A stretch of 64,000 nt of DNA from Thermoplasmata archaeon (GCA_030041075.1 JASHOP010000099.1:3852-67851); one strand, 5' to 3'. Positions 28,565 through 39,348 are shown, counted from the stretch's first letter. A program made the numbers and translations. Notes: generated by a model not told the origin, from the sequence alone.

Positions 28565-29547
28565 CCCCGAGCGTGCTGGTCGTCGGCGAACCGCACGGCG
28601 ACGGGCTCGCGCCGGTCACGGCGGAGGCGGTCGGGGTCGCGCACGTCCTGGCCGGGGCGGACGGCCCGGTGGCCGGCCTGGTCGGGGGAGCCGGCTCGGC
28701 GTCGGCCATCCGGGAGCTCGGGCAGTTCGGCGTCGGACGGGTTCTGCGGATCGACGACCCCGGGGTGGAGGGCGCTTCGCCAGGCGCGCTCGCCCGCGCC
28801 GTGGCCGCCGCCGCGTCGACGGTCGGAGCGCGCCTCGTCCTCCTGGGCGGCACGACGTTCGGTCGCGACCTCGCCGGGCGCGTGGCGGTGGCGTGGAACG
28901 CCGCGGCCGTCAACGGGGCGACGGATCTCCGGTGGGACGGCGAGGCGCTCCTCGCCCGAAGGCCGGTCCTGGGCGGACGCGCGACCGAGACGCGACGACT
29001 CCTCGGCGGACGGTACGTCGTGTCGACGCGGCCCCACGCCTTCCCGGTGCCGGAACGTCCGCCCGTCTCGCCGTCGGTCGAGGCGGCGCCCGCGGGGCCG
29101 GTGCCACCGCTGCTGCTGGGCCCGAAGCGCCTCGGGGTCAAGGCCGTCCCCTCGGGGTCCGGGCCGGCGCTCGCGGACGCCGCGATCGTCGTGTCGGGCG
29201 GACGGGGGGTGCGCGCCCCCGAGAACTTCCGGCTGGTCGAGGAGCTCGCGTCGGCGCTCGGGGCCGCGGTGGGCGCGTCGCGCGCCGTGACCGACGCCGG
29301 CTGGCGGCCCGCGTCGCTCCAGGTCGGCCAGACGGGCCGAACGGTCGCTCCCCAGCTCTACATCGCGATCGGGATCTCGGGGGCGATCCAGCATCTCGTG
29401 GGGATGATGAGCTCGCGCGTCATCGTCGCGATCAACAACGACCCCGCGGCGTCGATCTTCCGCGTCGCCGACTACGGCATCGCGGGGGATCTGTTCGAGA
29501 TCGTCCCGGCGCTCACGGCGGAGGTCCGCCGGGTGCGCGGGACCTGA
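28561..29547 (+). CDS. etfA: Electron transfer flavoprotein alpha subunit
   Basis: ATGA overlap with etfB; VVSGGRG, GASRAVTDAGW, QVGQTG, GISGAIQH, AINND. Confidence 0.93.
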   Translation: MTPSVLVVGEPHGDGLAPVTAEAVGVAHVLAGADGPVAGLVGGAGSASAIRELGQFGVGRVLRIDDPGVEGASPGALARAVAAAASTVGARLVLLGGTTFGRDLAGRVAVAWNAAAVNGATDLRWDGEALLARRPVLGGRATETRRLLGGRYVVSTRPHAFPVPERPPVSPSVEAAPAGPVPPLLLGPKRLGVKAVPSGSGPALADAAIVVSGGRGVRAPENFRLVEELASALGAAVGASRAVTDAGWRPASLQVGQTGRTVAPQLYIAIGISGAIQHLVGMMSSRVIVAINNDPAASIFRVADYGIAGDLFEIVPALTAEVRRVRGT

Positions 29548-29560
29548 CCCGGCCGTTCGC

Positions 29561-30862
29561 CTAGAGGTCGCGCGCCACGGCGAGCGCGTCGCGCACGAGC
29601 GTGGGCGTGGAAAGCCCGGCCTCGCGCTGGGCCGACCGGAGCATCTGTCGGAGGTGGCGCTTCGGCTTCCCGCTCTCGGTCATCAGGGCGTGGAACAGCG
29701 CGCCGGCGAACCGAGGGTAGGCCGTGTACATGCGGGGGTTCCACTTCACGCGGTCCATCCCGGCGAACTCCCGGAAGTCCGCGAGGATGCCCGACGCCTC
29801 CAGCCGCCGGTCGTACTCCCGGAGGCGGGACGGCGACGCCCCGCCCGCGGCCTTCGCCGCGAGCGCCGTCTCGGCGGCCTCGAGGCCGCTGCGGACGGCG
29901 TAGTTCATCCCCTGGATCACGATCCCGTTCGCGAAGACAAACCCGGCCGCGTCCCCCGCGACCATCCACCCGTCGCCGTGGAACGCCGAGGGCCGGCTCG
30001 CCCAACCGGAGCTGATCAACTTCGCGCCGTATTCGACGAGCTCGCCGCCCCGGAGCCGACGGAGGATCGCGGGGTGCTGCTTGAACCGCTCGACCATATC
30101 GTGGGCGTAGACCCCCTTGCCGAGCAGCGACGCGACGTTCACGATCAGCCCGAGCGAGATCGTGTCGCGGTTGGTGTAGAGGAATCCGCCGGCCATGACC
30201 CCCGGAGGGAAGATCCCCGCGACCCACTCCTCCGCGTGGCCCTCCCCGGGCTCGAGGCCGAACCGCTCCTCCAGCACCGAGGCGTCGAGCCGATACACCT
30301 CCTTGATCCCCAGCTCGGTCGCCTCGCCCGCGAGTCGGCTCGCGGGCCGGATCGGGGTCCCGAGCGCGAGGCGCGAGTTCGCCCCGTCCGCGAGGATCGT
30401 CACCGGGGCGGTCATCGGCTCCCCGGCCTGCACGACCCCCTTCGCCCGCGAGCCGTCCCAGAGCAAGGAGTCGACCGGGACCGAGGCGACGACGGTCGCC
30501 CCGGCCGCCTCGGCCTGCTTCGCGAGCCACGCGTCCGTGCGGGCCCTGAGGACGGTGTGGGCGGCGTACGGCTCCTTCCGCCAGGACGCGTCCTCGAAGT
30601 CGAACGCGACCGAATCGTCCGCGGTGAGGAAGCCGAACCGCTTGCGCACGAGGTGGCGCTCGAGGGGCATCTCGCGGCGCCAGTCCGGAACGATCCGGTC
30701 GAGGTCGTGGCCCCAGAGCACCCCGCCCGAGAGGTTCTTCGCGCCGGGCTCCGACCCCCGCTCGAGGAGGAGGACGTTCGCGCCGCCCTGCGCCAGCCGG
30801 ATCGCCGCCGCGCACCCGGCCATACCCGCGCCGACCACGATCGCGTCGAACTCGTCGGACAT
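29561..30862 (-). CDS. fixC: FixC-like FAD oxidoreductase (ETF-quinone oxidoreductase)
   Basis: IVVGAGMAG, ERG..PGAKNLSGG, GGFLYTN, AGDAAG. Confidence 0.88.
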   Translation of the reverse strand: MSDEFDAIVVGAGMAGCAAAIRLAQGGANVLLLERGSEPGAKNLSGGVLWGHDLDRIVPDWRREMPLERHLVRKRFGFLTADDSVAFDFEDASWRKEPYAAHTVLRARTDAWLAKQAEAAGATVVASVPVDSLLWDGSRAKGVVQAGEPMTAPVTILADGANSRLALGTPIRPASRLAGEATELGIKEVYRLDASVLEERFGLEPGEGHAEEWVAGIFPPGVMAGGFLYTNRDTISLGLIVNVASLLGKGVYAHDMVERFKQHPAILRRLRGGELVEYGAKLISSGWASRPSAFHGDGWMVAGDAAGFVFANGIVIQGMNYAVRSGLEAAETALAAKAAGGASPSRLREYDRRLEASGILADFREFAGMDRVKWNPRMYTAYPRFAGALFHALMTESGKPKRHLRQMLRSAQREAGLSTPTLVRDALAVARDL

Positions 30863-30952
30863 CGGCGGCGTCTCGGACGGGGAGCCGCCGATTTAACGGT
30901 GCTTCGAGGGCCCGGCGCCGACGAGGCGCGCCGGCGGAGCTCCGGACCCGGC

Positions 30953-31576
30953 TCAGCGGGACGGCCGGCCCGACAGGTCGATCGCTTCGGACGCGTTCTC
31001 GAGCCGCTTCTGGAATTCGAACGGTCGGGGTATCCCGTTCCAGTCCTCGTTGCCGATCCGCGCCCCGCCCTCCGAGCTCACCCGGAGGGTCCCGTAGTGC
31101 AGGAGGCGCTGGCCGAACGACTGGTGGACGTCGACGCCGCGCACCTGGGTCACCGGGATCTCGTCGAAGTTCTTCCCGAGGATCCCCTTCTGGACGATGA
31201 CGCGGTTCGACGTGACCGCGTAGACCGTGCTGATCCACCGGAGATAGCGGACGAGGAGCCAGAGGAGGGCCACGAGGAACACGATCAGGACGATCGCCGC
31301 GATGCCGTAGAGGACGATCCCGTGCGTGCCCTGCGAGAGGTGCGCCAGCTTGGCGAGCCAGGAGACCGCGCCGACGTAGGTGTGGGTGAACGCCCACCCC
31401 ATCCGCCCGCCCCACGACAGGTACGTCAGCACCCCGAAGACGATCGCGAGCGCCACCGGCCCGGGAAAGTAGTACCACTTCGTCCCCCGCGTCTCCTCGA
31501 GGAGGACCTCCTGGTCCCCCAGGTAGGTGGCCTTGAGGTGCTTCGGCAGGACCTTCGGGGCTTGCGGGGCCGACAT
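30953..31576 (-). CDS. Membrane protein with bacterial PH domain
   Basis: Two TM helices, then YAVTSNRVIVQKGILG...QSFGQRLLHYGTLRV. Confidence 0.82.
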   Translation of the reverse strand: MSAPQAPKVLPKHLKATYLGDQEVLLEETRGTKWYYFPGPVALAIVFGVLTYLSWGGRMGWAFTHTYVGAVSWLAKLAHLSQGTHGIVLYGIAAIVLIVFLVALLWLLVRYLRWISTVYAVTSNRVIVQKGILGKNFDEIPVTQVRGVDVHQSFGQRLLHYGTLRVSSEGGARIGNEDWNGIPRPFEFQKRLENASEAIDLSGRPSR

Positions 31577-31668
31577 CGCCGGGCGACGGACGGTCGCAGA
31601 GATAAGCGCTCGCTTCCGGCCCCCCGGCGCGACCGTCGCTTATATCGCGGACCCGATGCGGAGAGTCG

Positions 31669-32520
31669 ATGGGGGTCACCGACTGCCACGTGCACATCAA
31701 CCCGCTCGGGGAGATGCGGCCGGACGCGCGGGCCCTGGTCGGCCCGGTCGACCCGGAGATGGCGCGGGTCGTCGAGGAGCCGCGGCGGTTCCTCGACTAT
31801 CTCGACCGGTCCGGGGTCGAGCGCGCGGTCCTCGTGAACTACGTTGCCCCGGAAGTGATCGGCTACACGGAGGCGGCCAACTCGTTCGCGAGCGAGTTCG
31901 CCGAGGAGGACCCCGACCGCCTGATCGCCGCGGGAGGGATCCGTCCGGACCATCCCGACCCGGTGAGCGAGATCCACCGCATGGTCCACGATCTCGGCCT
32001 GCGCGCGCTGAAGCTGCACCCCGCCCACCAGCTGTTCTCGCCCAACGACTACATCGACGGGCGTCGGCCGGGGCTGAAGGCGATCTACGGTGCGTGCGAG
32101 CAGGAGCGGATCCCGATCATCTTCCACACCGGTACCTCGATCTTCCCCCGCGCGAGGAACCGGTTCGCGGACCCGCTGCTGGTCGAGGACGTCGCGGTCG
32201 ACTTCCCCGACCTCACGATCGTCCTCGCCCACGGGGGCCGGCCCCTGTGGACCGCGACCGCGATGTTCCTCGCGCGCCGGTTCCCCAACGTCTGGCTCGA
32301 GGTCTCGGGCGTCCCGCCGTCGCGCCTGCTCGAGTATTTCCCCCGCCTCGCCGGCCTGGCGGGCAAGGTCCTGTTCGGGACCGACTGGCCGGGCCCCGGC
32401 GTGAAGGACATCGGAGGGAACCTCCGGGCGTTCCGGTCGCTGCCGATCGGGCCGGACGACCAGCGGCGGATCCTCGAAGAGAACCCGGTCCGAGTGTTTC
32501 CCCGGCGGGCGCCCAACTGA
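31669..32520 (+). CDS. Amidohydrolase (Amidohydro_2)
   Basis: DCHVH, LKLHP, FHTG, LAHGG, FGTDWP. Confidence 0.9.
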   Translation: MGVTDCHVHINPLGEMRPDARALVGPVDPEMARVVEEPRRFLDYLDRSGVERAVLVNYVAPEVIGYTEAANSFASEFAEEDPDRLIAAGGIRPDHPDPVSEIHRMVHDLGLRALKLHPAHQLFSPNDYIDGRRPGLKAIYGACEQERIPIIFHTGTSIFPRARNRFADPLLVEDVAVDFPDLTIVLAHGGRPLWTATAMFLARRFPNVWLEVSGVPPSRLLEYFPRLAGLAGKVLFGTDWPGPGVKDIGGNLRAFRSLPIGPDDQRRILEENPVRVFPRRAPN

Positions 32521-32545
32521 AATACTGCCCTCGGCTCGTACGGAC

Positions 32546-32971
32546 GTGCCGGAGCCGCCGGAGCCCGTCGCCGATGCCGCCGCGCCTCCGGTCGCCGAAG
32601 AGGGGGCGCCGGTCGTCGAGGTCGTGGAGGGCGGCGAGGAGGTCGGGCGCCTCCCGCTGCCGCGGCGTCCGCGCGGCGAGGTGTTCGGGATCGCGAGCCA
32701 GCTCCTCGGAGCGGCGCGCATCCGCGTGATGTGCGAGGACAACCTCTCGCGGATGGGCCGGATCACGGGGAAGATGAAGAAGAAGATGTGGATCCGCGCC
32801 GGCGACCTCCTGATCGTCCGGCCCTGGGGATTCCAAGAGGGGAAGGCGGACATCCTGTTCCGCTACAGCCGGACGCAGGCCCAGTACCTGTCCCGACGGA
32901 ACCTTCTCCCGGCGTCGATGAACCTGTTCTCGGCCCCCGACGCGCCCGCCGAGGGATCTCCGGCCGCGTAG
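32546..32971 (+). CDS. eif1a: Translation initiation factor aIF-1A
   Basis: LLGAARIRVMCED...GKMKKKMWIRAGD...PWGFQ..KADI..RY. Confidence 0.95.
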   Translation: MPEPPEPVADAAAPPVAEEGAPVVEVVEGGEEVGRLPLPRRPRGEVFGIASQLLGAARIRVMCEDNLSRMGRITGKMKKKMWIRAGDLLIVRPWGFQEGKADILFRYSRTQAQYLSRRNLLPASMNLFSAPDAPAEGSPAA

Positions 32972-32978
32972 ACCCGCG

Positions 32979-34478
32979 ATGTGGCCTGCCCCTCCACGAC
33001 CGCTCTCCGCGGGGGAGATGACGGTCGTGGAGCACAACGCGGTGGCGCTGGGCGTCTCCCTCGACCAGCTGATGGAGAACGCCGGACGCGCGGTCGCCGA
33101 GGAGGCGATCCGGCGGCTCCCACCGCCCCCGGCGCGCGTCGCGATCGTCGCGTCGACCGGCAACAACGGCGGCGACGGTACATGCTGCGCCCACTATCTG
33201 CACCAGTGGGGCTTCTCGCCGGAGGTCTGGATCGTTCGTCCGCCGGCGGAGATCGGTTCGCGGGCGGCCCGGCGCTGCTTCGAGCGGATCGAACGGACGG
33301 TGCCGGTGCACGTCCGGCTTCCGAAGCCCGAGGAGCTCGCGACGATGCCGCTCGTGATCGATGCCCTGCTCGGCTCCGGCCAGTCGTCCGCCCTCCGCTC
33401 GCCGATCGCGGAGGCGGTCGGGGCGATCCAGCAGAGCGGCGCGCCGGTGCTCTCGATCGACCTTCCGACCGGCGCGCTCGACCCGAACGGCCTCAAGCCG
33501 GCGACGACGGTCGCCCTGACGGCCGCCAAACGGGAAATGGACCCGTCGACCGCGGGGACGGTCGTCGTCCGCGACATCGGGATACCGCCGGACGCGTGGC
33601 GACGGACCGGCCCCGGCGAGTTCGCATGCTTCCCGCTCCCAACGAACCCGTCGGAGCGGGGACGCTCCGCGCGGCTGATCGTCATCGGCGGCGGGCCGTA
33701 CGCCGGCGCGCCGGCCCTCGCCGCGCTGGCCTCGCTCCGCTCGGGCGCGGAGCGGGCGACCGTGCTGGCCCCCGGGGGCGCCGCGGAGCGGGTGCAGGGG
33801 TTCTCGCCGGCGCTGGTCGTGCATGCCGTTGGATCGGGCCGGTTCCGGCCGACCGACGTGCCCGAGATCCTCGACTTCGTGCGCGGGGCGCATCCGGCCG
33901 CGGTCGCGGTCGGGATGGGGACGGGAGCCCATCCCGAGACCCTGGAGGCCCTCGGCACGATCGAGCGGGCGCTGGTGGGAGGCGTCCCCCTCCTCGTCGA
34001 TGCCGACGGTCTGGCGGCGCTCCCGTCCCCCGCGGCGATCGCGGCCTCGGGCGGAGAGCCGCTCGTGGCGACCCCGAACGCGGGGGAGTTCGCGCGGCTG
34101 TTCGCGGACCGGCCGGCGGAGTCGCCGACCGACCGGTTGGCGACCGCAGCCCGCCTGGCCCGGGAGCGACGGCTCACACTGCTCGCGAAGGGCCGGTCGG
34201 ACGCCATCTCCGACGGGGAGACGACCGTCGAGAACCTCCACCACCACCCGGCGGGCACGGTCGCCGGAACGGGGGACGTCCTGGGCGGCGTCGTGGCGAG
34301 CCTGCTCGCCCAGGGGCTGGGTCCGGTTCCGGCGTGCCGGCTTGCCACCTACTGGGTCGGAGAGGCCGGGATCGTCGCGGCCTCGCGCCGCAGCTTCGGG
34401 CTCCTCGCGACGGACGTCCTTGACGAGCTTCCCGCCGCCTTGGCGGCCGGCCTCGCGCGGACCCGGCGAGGGGCGTAG
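32979..34478 (+). CDS. nnr: Bifunctional NAD(P)HX epimerase/dehydratase
   Basis: LMENAG, GNNGGDG, DALLG, DLPTG, GGGPYAGAP, VDADGL, TPNAGEF, GTGDVLGG. Confidence 0.93.
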   Translation: MWPAPPRPLSAGEMTVVEHNAVALGVSLDQLMENAGRAVAEEAIRRLPPPPARVAIVASTGNNGGDGTCCAHYLHQWGFSPEVWIVRPPAEIGSRAARRCFERIERTVPVHVRLPKPEELATMPLVIDALLGSGQSSALRSPIAEAVGAIQQSGAPVLSIDLPTGALDPNGLKPATTVALTAAKREMDPSTAGTVVVRDIGIPPDAWRRTGPGEFACFPLPTNPSERGRSARLIVIGGGPYAGAPALAALASLRSGAERATVLAPGGAAERVQGFSPALVVHAVGSGRFRPTDVPEILDFVRGAHPAAVAVGMGTGAHPETLEALGTIERALVGGVPLLVDADGLAALPSPAAIAASGGEPLVATPNAGEFARLFADRPAESPTDRLATAARLARERRLTLLAKGRSDAISDGETTVENLHHHPAGTVAGTGDVLGGVVASLLAQGLGPVPACRLATYWVGEAGIVAASRRSFGLLATDVLDELPAALAAGLARTRRGA

Positions 34479-34484
34479 CGGGGC

Positions 34485-35138
34485 TTACGCGTAGCGGACC
34501 CGCCCGCGGATCTGCCGGGCCCGGGCGCGCACGTCCTTCGCGCCGTGGGGGTTCCCTTCGACGTATCCCGCGTAGAACGCGCGCGTGAGGGCGACCGCGC
34601 GGGCCGAGAGGGCCTTCAGGTCCTCCTCGACGAGGTGGAGGTCGATTCCGAGCTCCTCGACCCCCGGGTTGCGGCTCCCCATCGAGAGGTCCAGGAACGC
34701 CGGGGAGGCCCCGGGCCCGGCCGGGAACACCACGTTGGAGCTCGTGAGGTCGCCGTGCGAGATCCCTCCGGCGTGGAGCCGCCCGACCGCCTCGCCGAAC
34801 GAGCGCACGGCTCGGGCCAGCGACGCGGGATCGATCGCCGGATCCTCGAGGACCTCCTTGAGGGTGGGACCCGGCAGCTCCTCCAGGATGATCCGGTGCC
34901 GCGGCACGTCGATGTCGTAGAGGATCGGGGTGCGGACCCCGAGCCGCCGGGCGTCGACGAGCAGGCGCGCCTCGGTGCGGGTCCGCTCGCGGCGCAGGCG
35001 ATCGTCCAGCGCCTTCGGTCGGTACGATTTCGTCTCCCGCTCCTTGAGGAGCGCGGGGAATCCCCACCAGTCGACCGCGCGCAGGGTCGCCTCGGCCCCG
35101 CGCTGGACGGCGCGGCCGGAACGGTCCTCGTCGGCCAT
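34485..35138 (-). CDS. bud32: KEOPS complex kinase Bud32 (stand-alone)
   Basis: RGAEA, K.R..KSYR..LD, RTRTEARLL, HGDLTSSN, terminal RGRVRYA. Confidence 0.92.
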   Translation of the reverse strand: MADEDRSGRAVQRGAEATLRAVDWWGFPALLKERETKSYRPKALDDRLRRERTRTEARLLVDARRLGVRTPILYDIDVPRHRIILEELPGPTLKEVLEDPAIDPASLARAVRSFGEAVGRLHAGGISHGDLTSSNVVFPAGPGASPAFLDLSMGSRNPGVEELGIDLHLVEEDLKALSARAVALTRAFYAGYVEGNPHGAKDVRARARQIRGRVRYA

Positions 35139-35151
35139 CGGCTACCGACCG

Positions 35152-36027
35152 TCACCGGTCCCGGCGCGACGCCGCGACGCGCACGATCGCCTCGCGCACC
35201 AGCCGCGCCGCGAGGGCGCTCGTGTTGCCCTGGTCGTAGGGCGGGCTCACTTCCATGACGTCGAACCCGACGAGCCGGGGGGCCACCCGGTCGAGGACGA
35301 GCTTCACGTCCCGCGGCGTCAGCCCGAACGGCTCGGGGGTGCCGGTCGCGCCCGCGAACGCCGGATCGATCGCGTCGATGTCCAGCGAGACATAGACCCG
35401 GTCGGTCTTCAGCATCCCGAGCGCCCGGTCCACCGAGGCCTCGATGCCGTCGCGCGCGATCTCGTGGGCGGTGACGGTCGGCATGCCGATCGACCGGTTG
35501 TCATCGACCTCCTCCCGGGAGACCGAACGGACCCCCAGGACGACGATGTTCCGGGCCCCGACCCGTTCGAGCATCCGCCGGGACGAGCACGCGTGGCTCC
35601 GGGGATCCCCCAGGTAGCTCGCCCGGAAGTCGAGGTGGGCGTCCAGGTAGAGGACGCCGATGCTCGGGCCACCGGACGGAAACGCCTCCACGCACGGGGG
35701 CGCGCACGCATGGTCTCCTCCGAGCACGATCGGCACCTTGCCGTCGGCGTAGATCTTCGCGACCTCGCCCCGGACCGACTCGACCATCTCCGACGCGCTG
35801 CCGAACTCGTCGGTGTTCCCCAGGTCGTGGACCGGGACGTCGGCGAGGTCGATCCCCGTCTCGAGGTCGTACGACTCGAAGTTCCAGGAGTGCTGCCGGA
35901 TCGAGTCCGGCCCGAAACGGGCGCCGGGCCGGAACGACGTCGTCCGGTCGAACGGCACGCCGAGGACGACGAACCGGGCGTCCGGATACGGGGCGACGGC
36001 GTCGGCGAACGTGGTCGGCCGGGGCAC
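35152..36027 (-). CDS. speB: Agmatinase
   Basis: GVPFD.TTSFRPGARFGP, GGDH, DAHLD, SLDIDAIDPAFA. Confidence 0.93.
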   Translation of the reverse strand: MPRPTTFADAVAPYPDARFVVLGVPFDRTTSFRPGARFGPDSIRQHSWNFESYDLETGIDLADVPVHDLGNTDEFGSASEMVESVRGEVAKIYADGKVPIVLGGDHACAPPCVEAFPSGGPSIGVLYLDAHLDFRASYLGDPRSHACSSRRMLERVGARNIVVLGVRSVSREEVDDNRSIGMPTVTAHEIARDGIEASVDRALGMLKTDRVYVSLDIDAIDPAFAGATGTPEPFGLTPRDVKLVLDRVAPRLVGFDVMEVSPPYDQGNTSALAARLVREAIVRVAASRRDR

Positions 36028-36074
36028 GGCGCGGGGACGCGTCCCTCGCTATAAGACGGTACTCGGAACGGGCG

Positions 36075-37271
36075 TCACGCGGGGGCGAGCGGAGGGGATG
36101 CGCGCTGGAGGCGGGCGCGGATCCCGACCTCCCCATACAGGATCTCCATCACGACCAGCGAGACGGCGGTCGTCGCGATCGCCATGACGAACAGCCCGGT
36201 GTAGCCGGCCAGGGCGATCGCCACGGCGCCGACGAGCGGCCCCACGCTCCAGAGGGAGGAGTTGATGAGGGCGAACATGCCGAGGTACTCCGCGCGCTCG
36301 CCCGGTGGGGCGAGGCGGGCGACCCAGGTCTGCATGCCGGTGCCGACGAGCGCGAGTCCCGCGTTCCGCACCGCCTGGGCGGGGATCGTCTGCTCCCACG
36401 TCGACGACGTCATGAAGATCCCGAACGAGGCGAGGCTGAGGAGGGTGCCGTACCAGATCCCACGGATCTCGCCGCGCCGGTCGATCCACCGCCCGAGCGG
36501 GAGGGAGACCAGGGCGCCGGTGAGGAGGCCCGCCACCGCCACGACCCCGACCTCGAGGTCGTTCGCCCCGAGGGTCGCCGCGAGGTAGCCGTAGAACGTC
36601 GCGACGGCGCCGCTCCCGATCGCCCGGATCGACACGGCGAAGGAGAACGTGATCACGGGTTTCATCTCCCGAAGCGACCGTCGGACGTGCGGCGGCGCGA
36701 CGATCCGCACGTCGGGTACGACGAAGAACACCACCGAGAGGGTCCCCACCATCACGGCGACGACGAACGGGAACAACGCCGCCAGCCCGAAGACGAACGT
36801 CACGTAGCCGGCGAGGAGGAACCCGACCACCCCGCCCGCGCTCGAGGTGGCGTTGAGGAGGCCGTATCCGTACCCGCGCTCGCCCGTCCGCGTGACGTCG
36901 GCGACGTACGCGGTGAACGCTGGGCCGCCGATCGCGAGCGCGAGCTCGGCGGCGACGAACAGGCCCCCGGCGAGAACGTAGCCGGGGGCGAACACGATCG
37001 CGAGGAAGAGCGGAAAGGCGGCCGCCTCGCCCGCCAGAAGGAACGGGCGGCGCCGGCGCGCGCGGTCGGAGAGCCGGCCGACCCAGGGCCCGATCAGGCT
37101 CGCGGGAACGTAGGCGAGCGAGAGGATGGCGAGCGCGACCGGGAGCGAGGCGCCCTTGACCTCGACGAGGTAGAGCGGCAGGAAGACGATGAACAGCCCC
37201 CCGCGATTGCTCGCGAGCAGCGCGTAGAGCGAAAGCGACAGGAGCTCGCGACTCGCCACGTCCGGGACCAC
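36075..37271 (-). CDS. MFS transporter
   Basis: About 12 TM helices; GRLSDRARRRR and GRWIDRRG motif A copies. Confidence 0.9.
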   Translation of the reverse strand: MVPDVASRELLSLSLYALLASNRGGLFIVFLPLYLVEVKGASLPVALAILSLAYVPASLIGPWVGRLSDRARRRRPFLLAGEAAAFPLFLAIVFAPGYVLAGGLFVAAELALAIGGPAFTAYVADVTRTGERGYGYGLLNATSSAGGVVGFLLAGYVTFVFGLAALFPFVVAVMVGTLSVVFFVVPDVRIVAPPHVRRSLREMKPVITFSFAVSIRAIGSGAVATFYGYLAATLGANDLEVGVVAVAGLLTGALVSLPLGRWIDRRGEIRGIWYGTLLSLASFGIFMTSSTWEQTIPAQAVRNAGLALVGTGMQTWVARLAPPGERAEYLGMFALINSSLWSVGPLVGAVAIALAGYTGLFVMAIATTAVSLVVMEILYGEVGIRARLQRASPPLAPA

Positions 37272-37363
37272 GGGCGCGGGTTACTTACCTCGGCCGCCCG
37301 CCGGCGGATGGTCCGGAAGCTTTAGGTAAGAACGAGGCCCGGCCGGACGGGTCGCCTCGGAGG

Positions 37364-38146
37364 ATGGGAGCGGAACTCGTCGCGTTGAAGGTCGAGGACG
37401 ACGGGGTCCGGACCCTGGTCCTGACCCATCCCCCGGTCAACTCTCTGTCGACCGCGCTCCTGAACGAGCTCGATGCGCTCGTGCGGTCCGTCGCGCAGGA
37501 CCCCGCGGCCCGGTCGGTCGTTCTCGCCGGCGACGGCCCGTACTTCAGCGCGGGGGCCGACCTCAAGGAGATGGCGTCGCTCGACCGGGCCGACGCGCGC
37601 AAGGTCGTGCGCCGGGGCCTCGAGGTCCTCGGGCGACTCGAGTCGATCGGGCCGCCCGTGATCGCGGCCGTCCAGGGCCTGGCGGTCGGAGGAGGTCTCG
37701 AGCTGGCGCTCGCGTGCGACGTTCGCGTCGCGGGAGAGTCGGCGAAATTTGGCGCCCCGGAGGTCTCCTACGGCCTGATGCCGGCGTACGGGGGGACCCA
37801 ACGGCTCCCCCGGGCGGTTGGCGTCGCGAAGGCGAAGGAGCTCGTCTTCACGGGAGCGCTGGTCCCGGCGTCGGAGGCGTTCCGGATCGGGCTCGTGAAC
37901 AAGGTCGTCCCGGCCGGTCAGGAGCTGCGGGCGGCCCGGGACCTCGCCCACACGATCGGCCAGAAGGCGCCGAGGGCGGTGCGGGCCGCGAAGCGGGCGA
38001 TCGCCGCGAGCTCCGACCTCTCCCTGGCCGAGGGCCTGGCGCTCGAATCGAGTCTCTTCGAGACCGAGGTCCTGCCGACCGACGACCTCGGGGAGGGACT
38101 CCGGGCGTTCGGGGAACACCGTCCGCCCCGGTTTCGGGGGCAGTGA
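37364..38146 (+). CDS. Enoyl-CoA hydratase
   Basis: FSAGADLKE, GGGLELALACD, PE...GGTQRLPR. Confidence 0.93.
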   Translation: MGAELVALKVEDDGVRTLVLTHPPVNSLSTALLNELDALVRSVAQDPAARSVVLAGDGPYFSAGADLKEMASLDRADARKVVRRGLEVLGRLESIGPPVIAAVQGLAVGGGLELALACDVRVAGESAKFGAPEVSYGLMPAYGGTQRLPRAVGVAKAKELVFTGALVPASEAFRIGLVNKVVPAGQELRAARDLAHTIGQKAPRAVRAAKRAIAASSDLSLAEGLALESSLFETEVLPTDDLGEGLRAFGEHRPPRFRGQ

Positions 38147-39348
38147 GCGTGGGGATCGAATTCGCCTTCTCGCCCGAGCACGACGCGTTCCGAGCCGGGG
38201 TCCGCGCGCTCGTGGAGAAGGAGGTCGCGCCGATCGTCGGGACGATGGACGAGAGCGAGCAGTTCCCCCGCTCCTCGGTCCGCTCGCTGCAGGAGCAGGG
38301 TCTCTTCGGCGTGCCCGTCCCCGTCGAGTACGGGGGATTGGGCCTCGGGAAGGTCGGCTACTGCATCCTCCTCGAGGAGGTCGGGAAGGTCGACGCCTCG
38401 CACGCGACGATCCTCGGGGCCCACACCTCGCTCGGCACCACGCCCCTCCTCTACTACGGGACCGAGGAGCAGAAGCGACGGTGGCTCGTCCCGGCCGCGC
38501 GGGGAGAGAAGCTTCTCGCGTTCAGCCTCACCGAGCCCGGTTCGGGCAGCGACTCGGGGTCGGTCCGCGCGGCCGCGGAACGGAGGGGCGACGGATGGGT
38601 CGTCTCGGGGAACAAGATCTACGTCTCGAACGGACGCGAGGCCGACACGGTCGTTCTCCTGGCCGCCAACGACGCAAAGCTCGGCCCGCTCGGCGGGGTG
38701 ACGGCGTTCCTCGTCGACACCGACCTTCCGGGCTTTCGGGTCGGTCGATGCGAGAAGAAGATGGGGCTTCACGGGACCTCGACCGCGGAGCTCGTGCTCG
38801 ACCGCGTGGAACTCGGGTCCGAGCGGGTGCTGGGCGAGCCGGGCCGCGGCTTCTTCGTCGCGATGACCGCGCTCGACGTCGGGCGGGTCTCCCTCGGGGC
38901 GGCCTCGCTCGGAGCGATGGAGACCGCGTCCGCCGACGCGCTCGCGTTCGCCCAGCAGCGCGTCCAGTTCGGCTCCCCGATCGCCGGGTACGAGGCGATC
39001 CAGTTCAAGCTCGCGGACATGGCGATGAAGATCCACGCGCTGAGGCTGATGGTCTACCAGGCCGCCGCCCACCAGGACCGCATGGGCGCCGACCCGTCCC
39101 GGTGGGGACCGCTCGACCGGCAGGCGAAGACCCGGGAGGCGGCGATCGTGAAGTGCCTGGGCTCCGAGTGGGCCAGCGACGTGATCGACGAGGCGCTCCA
39201 GATCCACGGGGGCCTCGGATACATCCGCGGCACGCCGATCGAGCGCGCCTACCGGGACGCGCGGATCGGCGAGATCTTCGAGGGGACGAACGAGATCCAG
39301 CGCCTGGTCATCGCCCGCGACGTCCTCGCGCGAGGGTTCGGACCGTAG
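38143..39348 (+). CDS. Acyl-CoA dehydrogenase
   Basis: GTGA overlap; FSLTEPGSGSD, QIHGGLGY, IFEGTNEIQR. Confidence 0.93.
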   Translation: MSVGIEFAFSPEHDAFRAGVRALVEKEVAPIVGTMDESEQFPRSSVRSLQEQGLFGVPVPVEYGGLGLGKVGYCILLEEVGKVDASHATILGAHTSLGTTPLLYYGTEEQKRRWLVPAARGEKLLAFSLTEPGSGSDSGSVRAAAERRGDGWVVSGNKIYVSNGREADTVVLLAANDAKLGPLGGVTAFLVDTDLPGFRVGRCEKKMGLHGTSTAELVLDRVELGSERVLGEPGRGFFVAMTALDVGRVSLGAASLGAMETASADALAFAQQRVQFGSPIAGYEAIQFKLADMAMKIHALRLMVYQAAAHQDRMGADPSRWGPLDRQAKTREAAIVKCLGSEWASDVIDEALQIHGGLGYIRGTPIERAYRDARIGEIFEGTNEIQRLVIARDVLARGFGP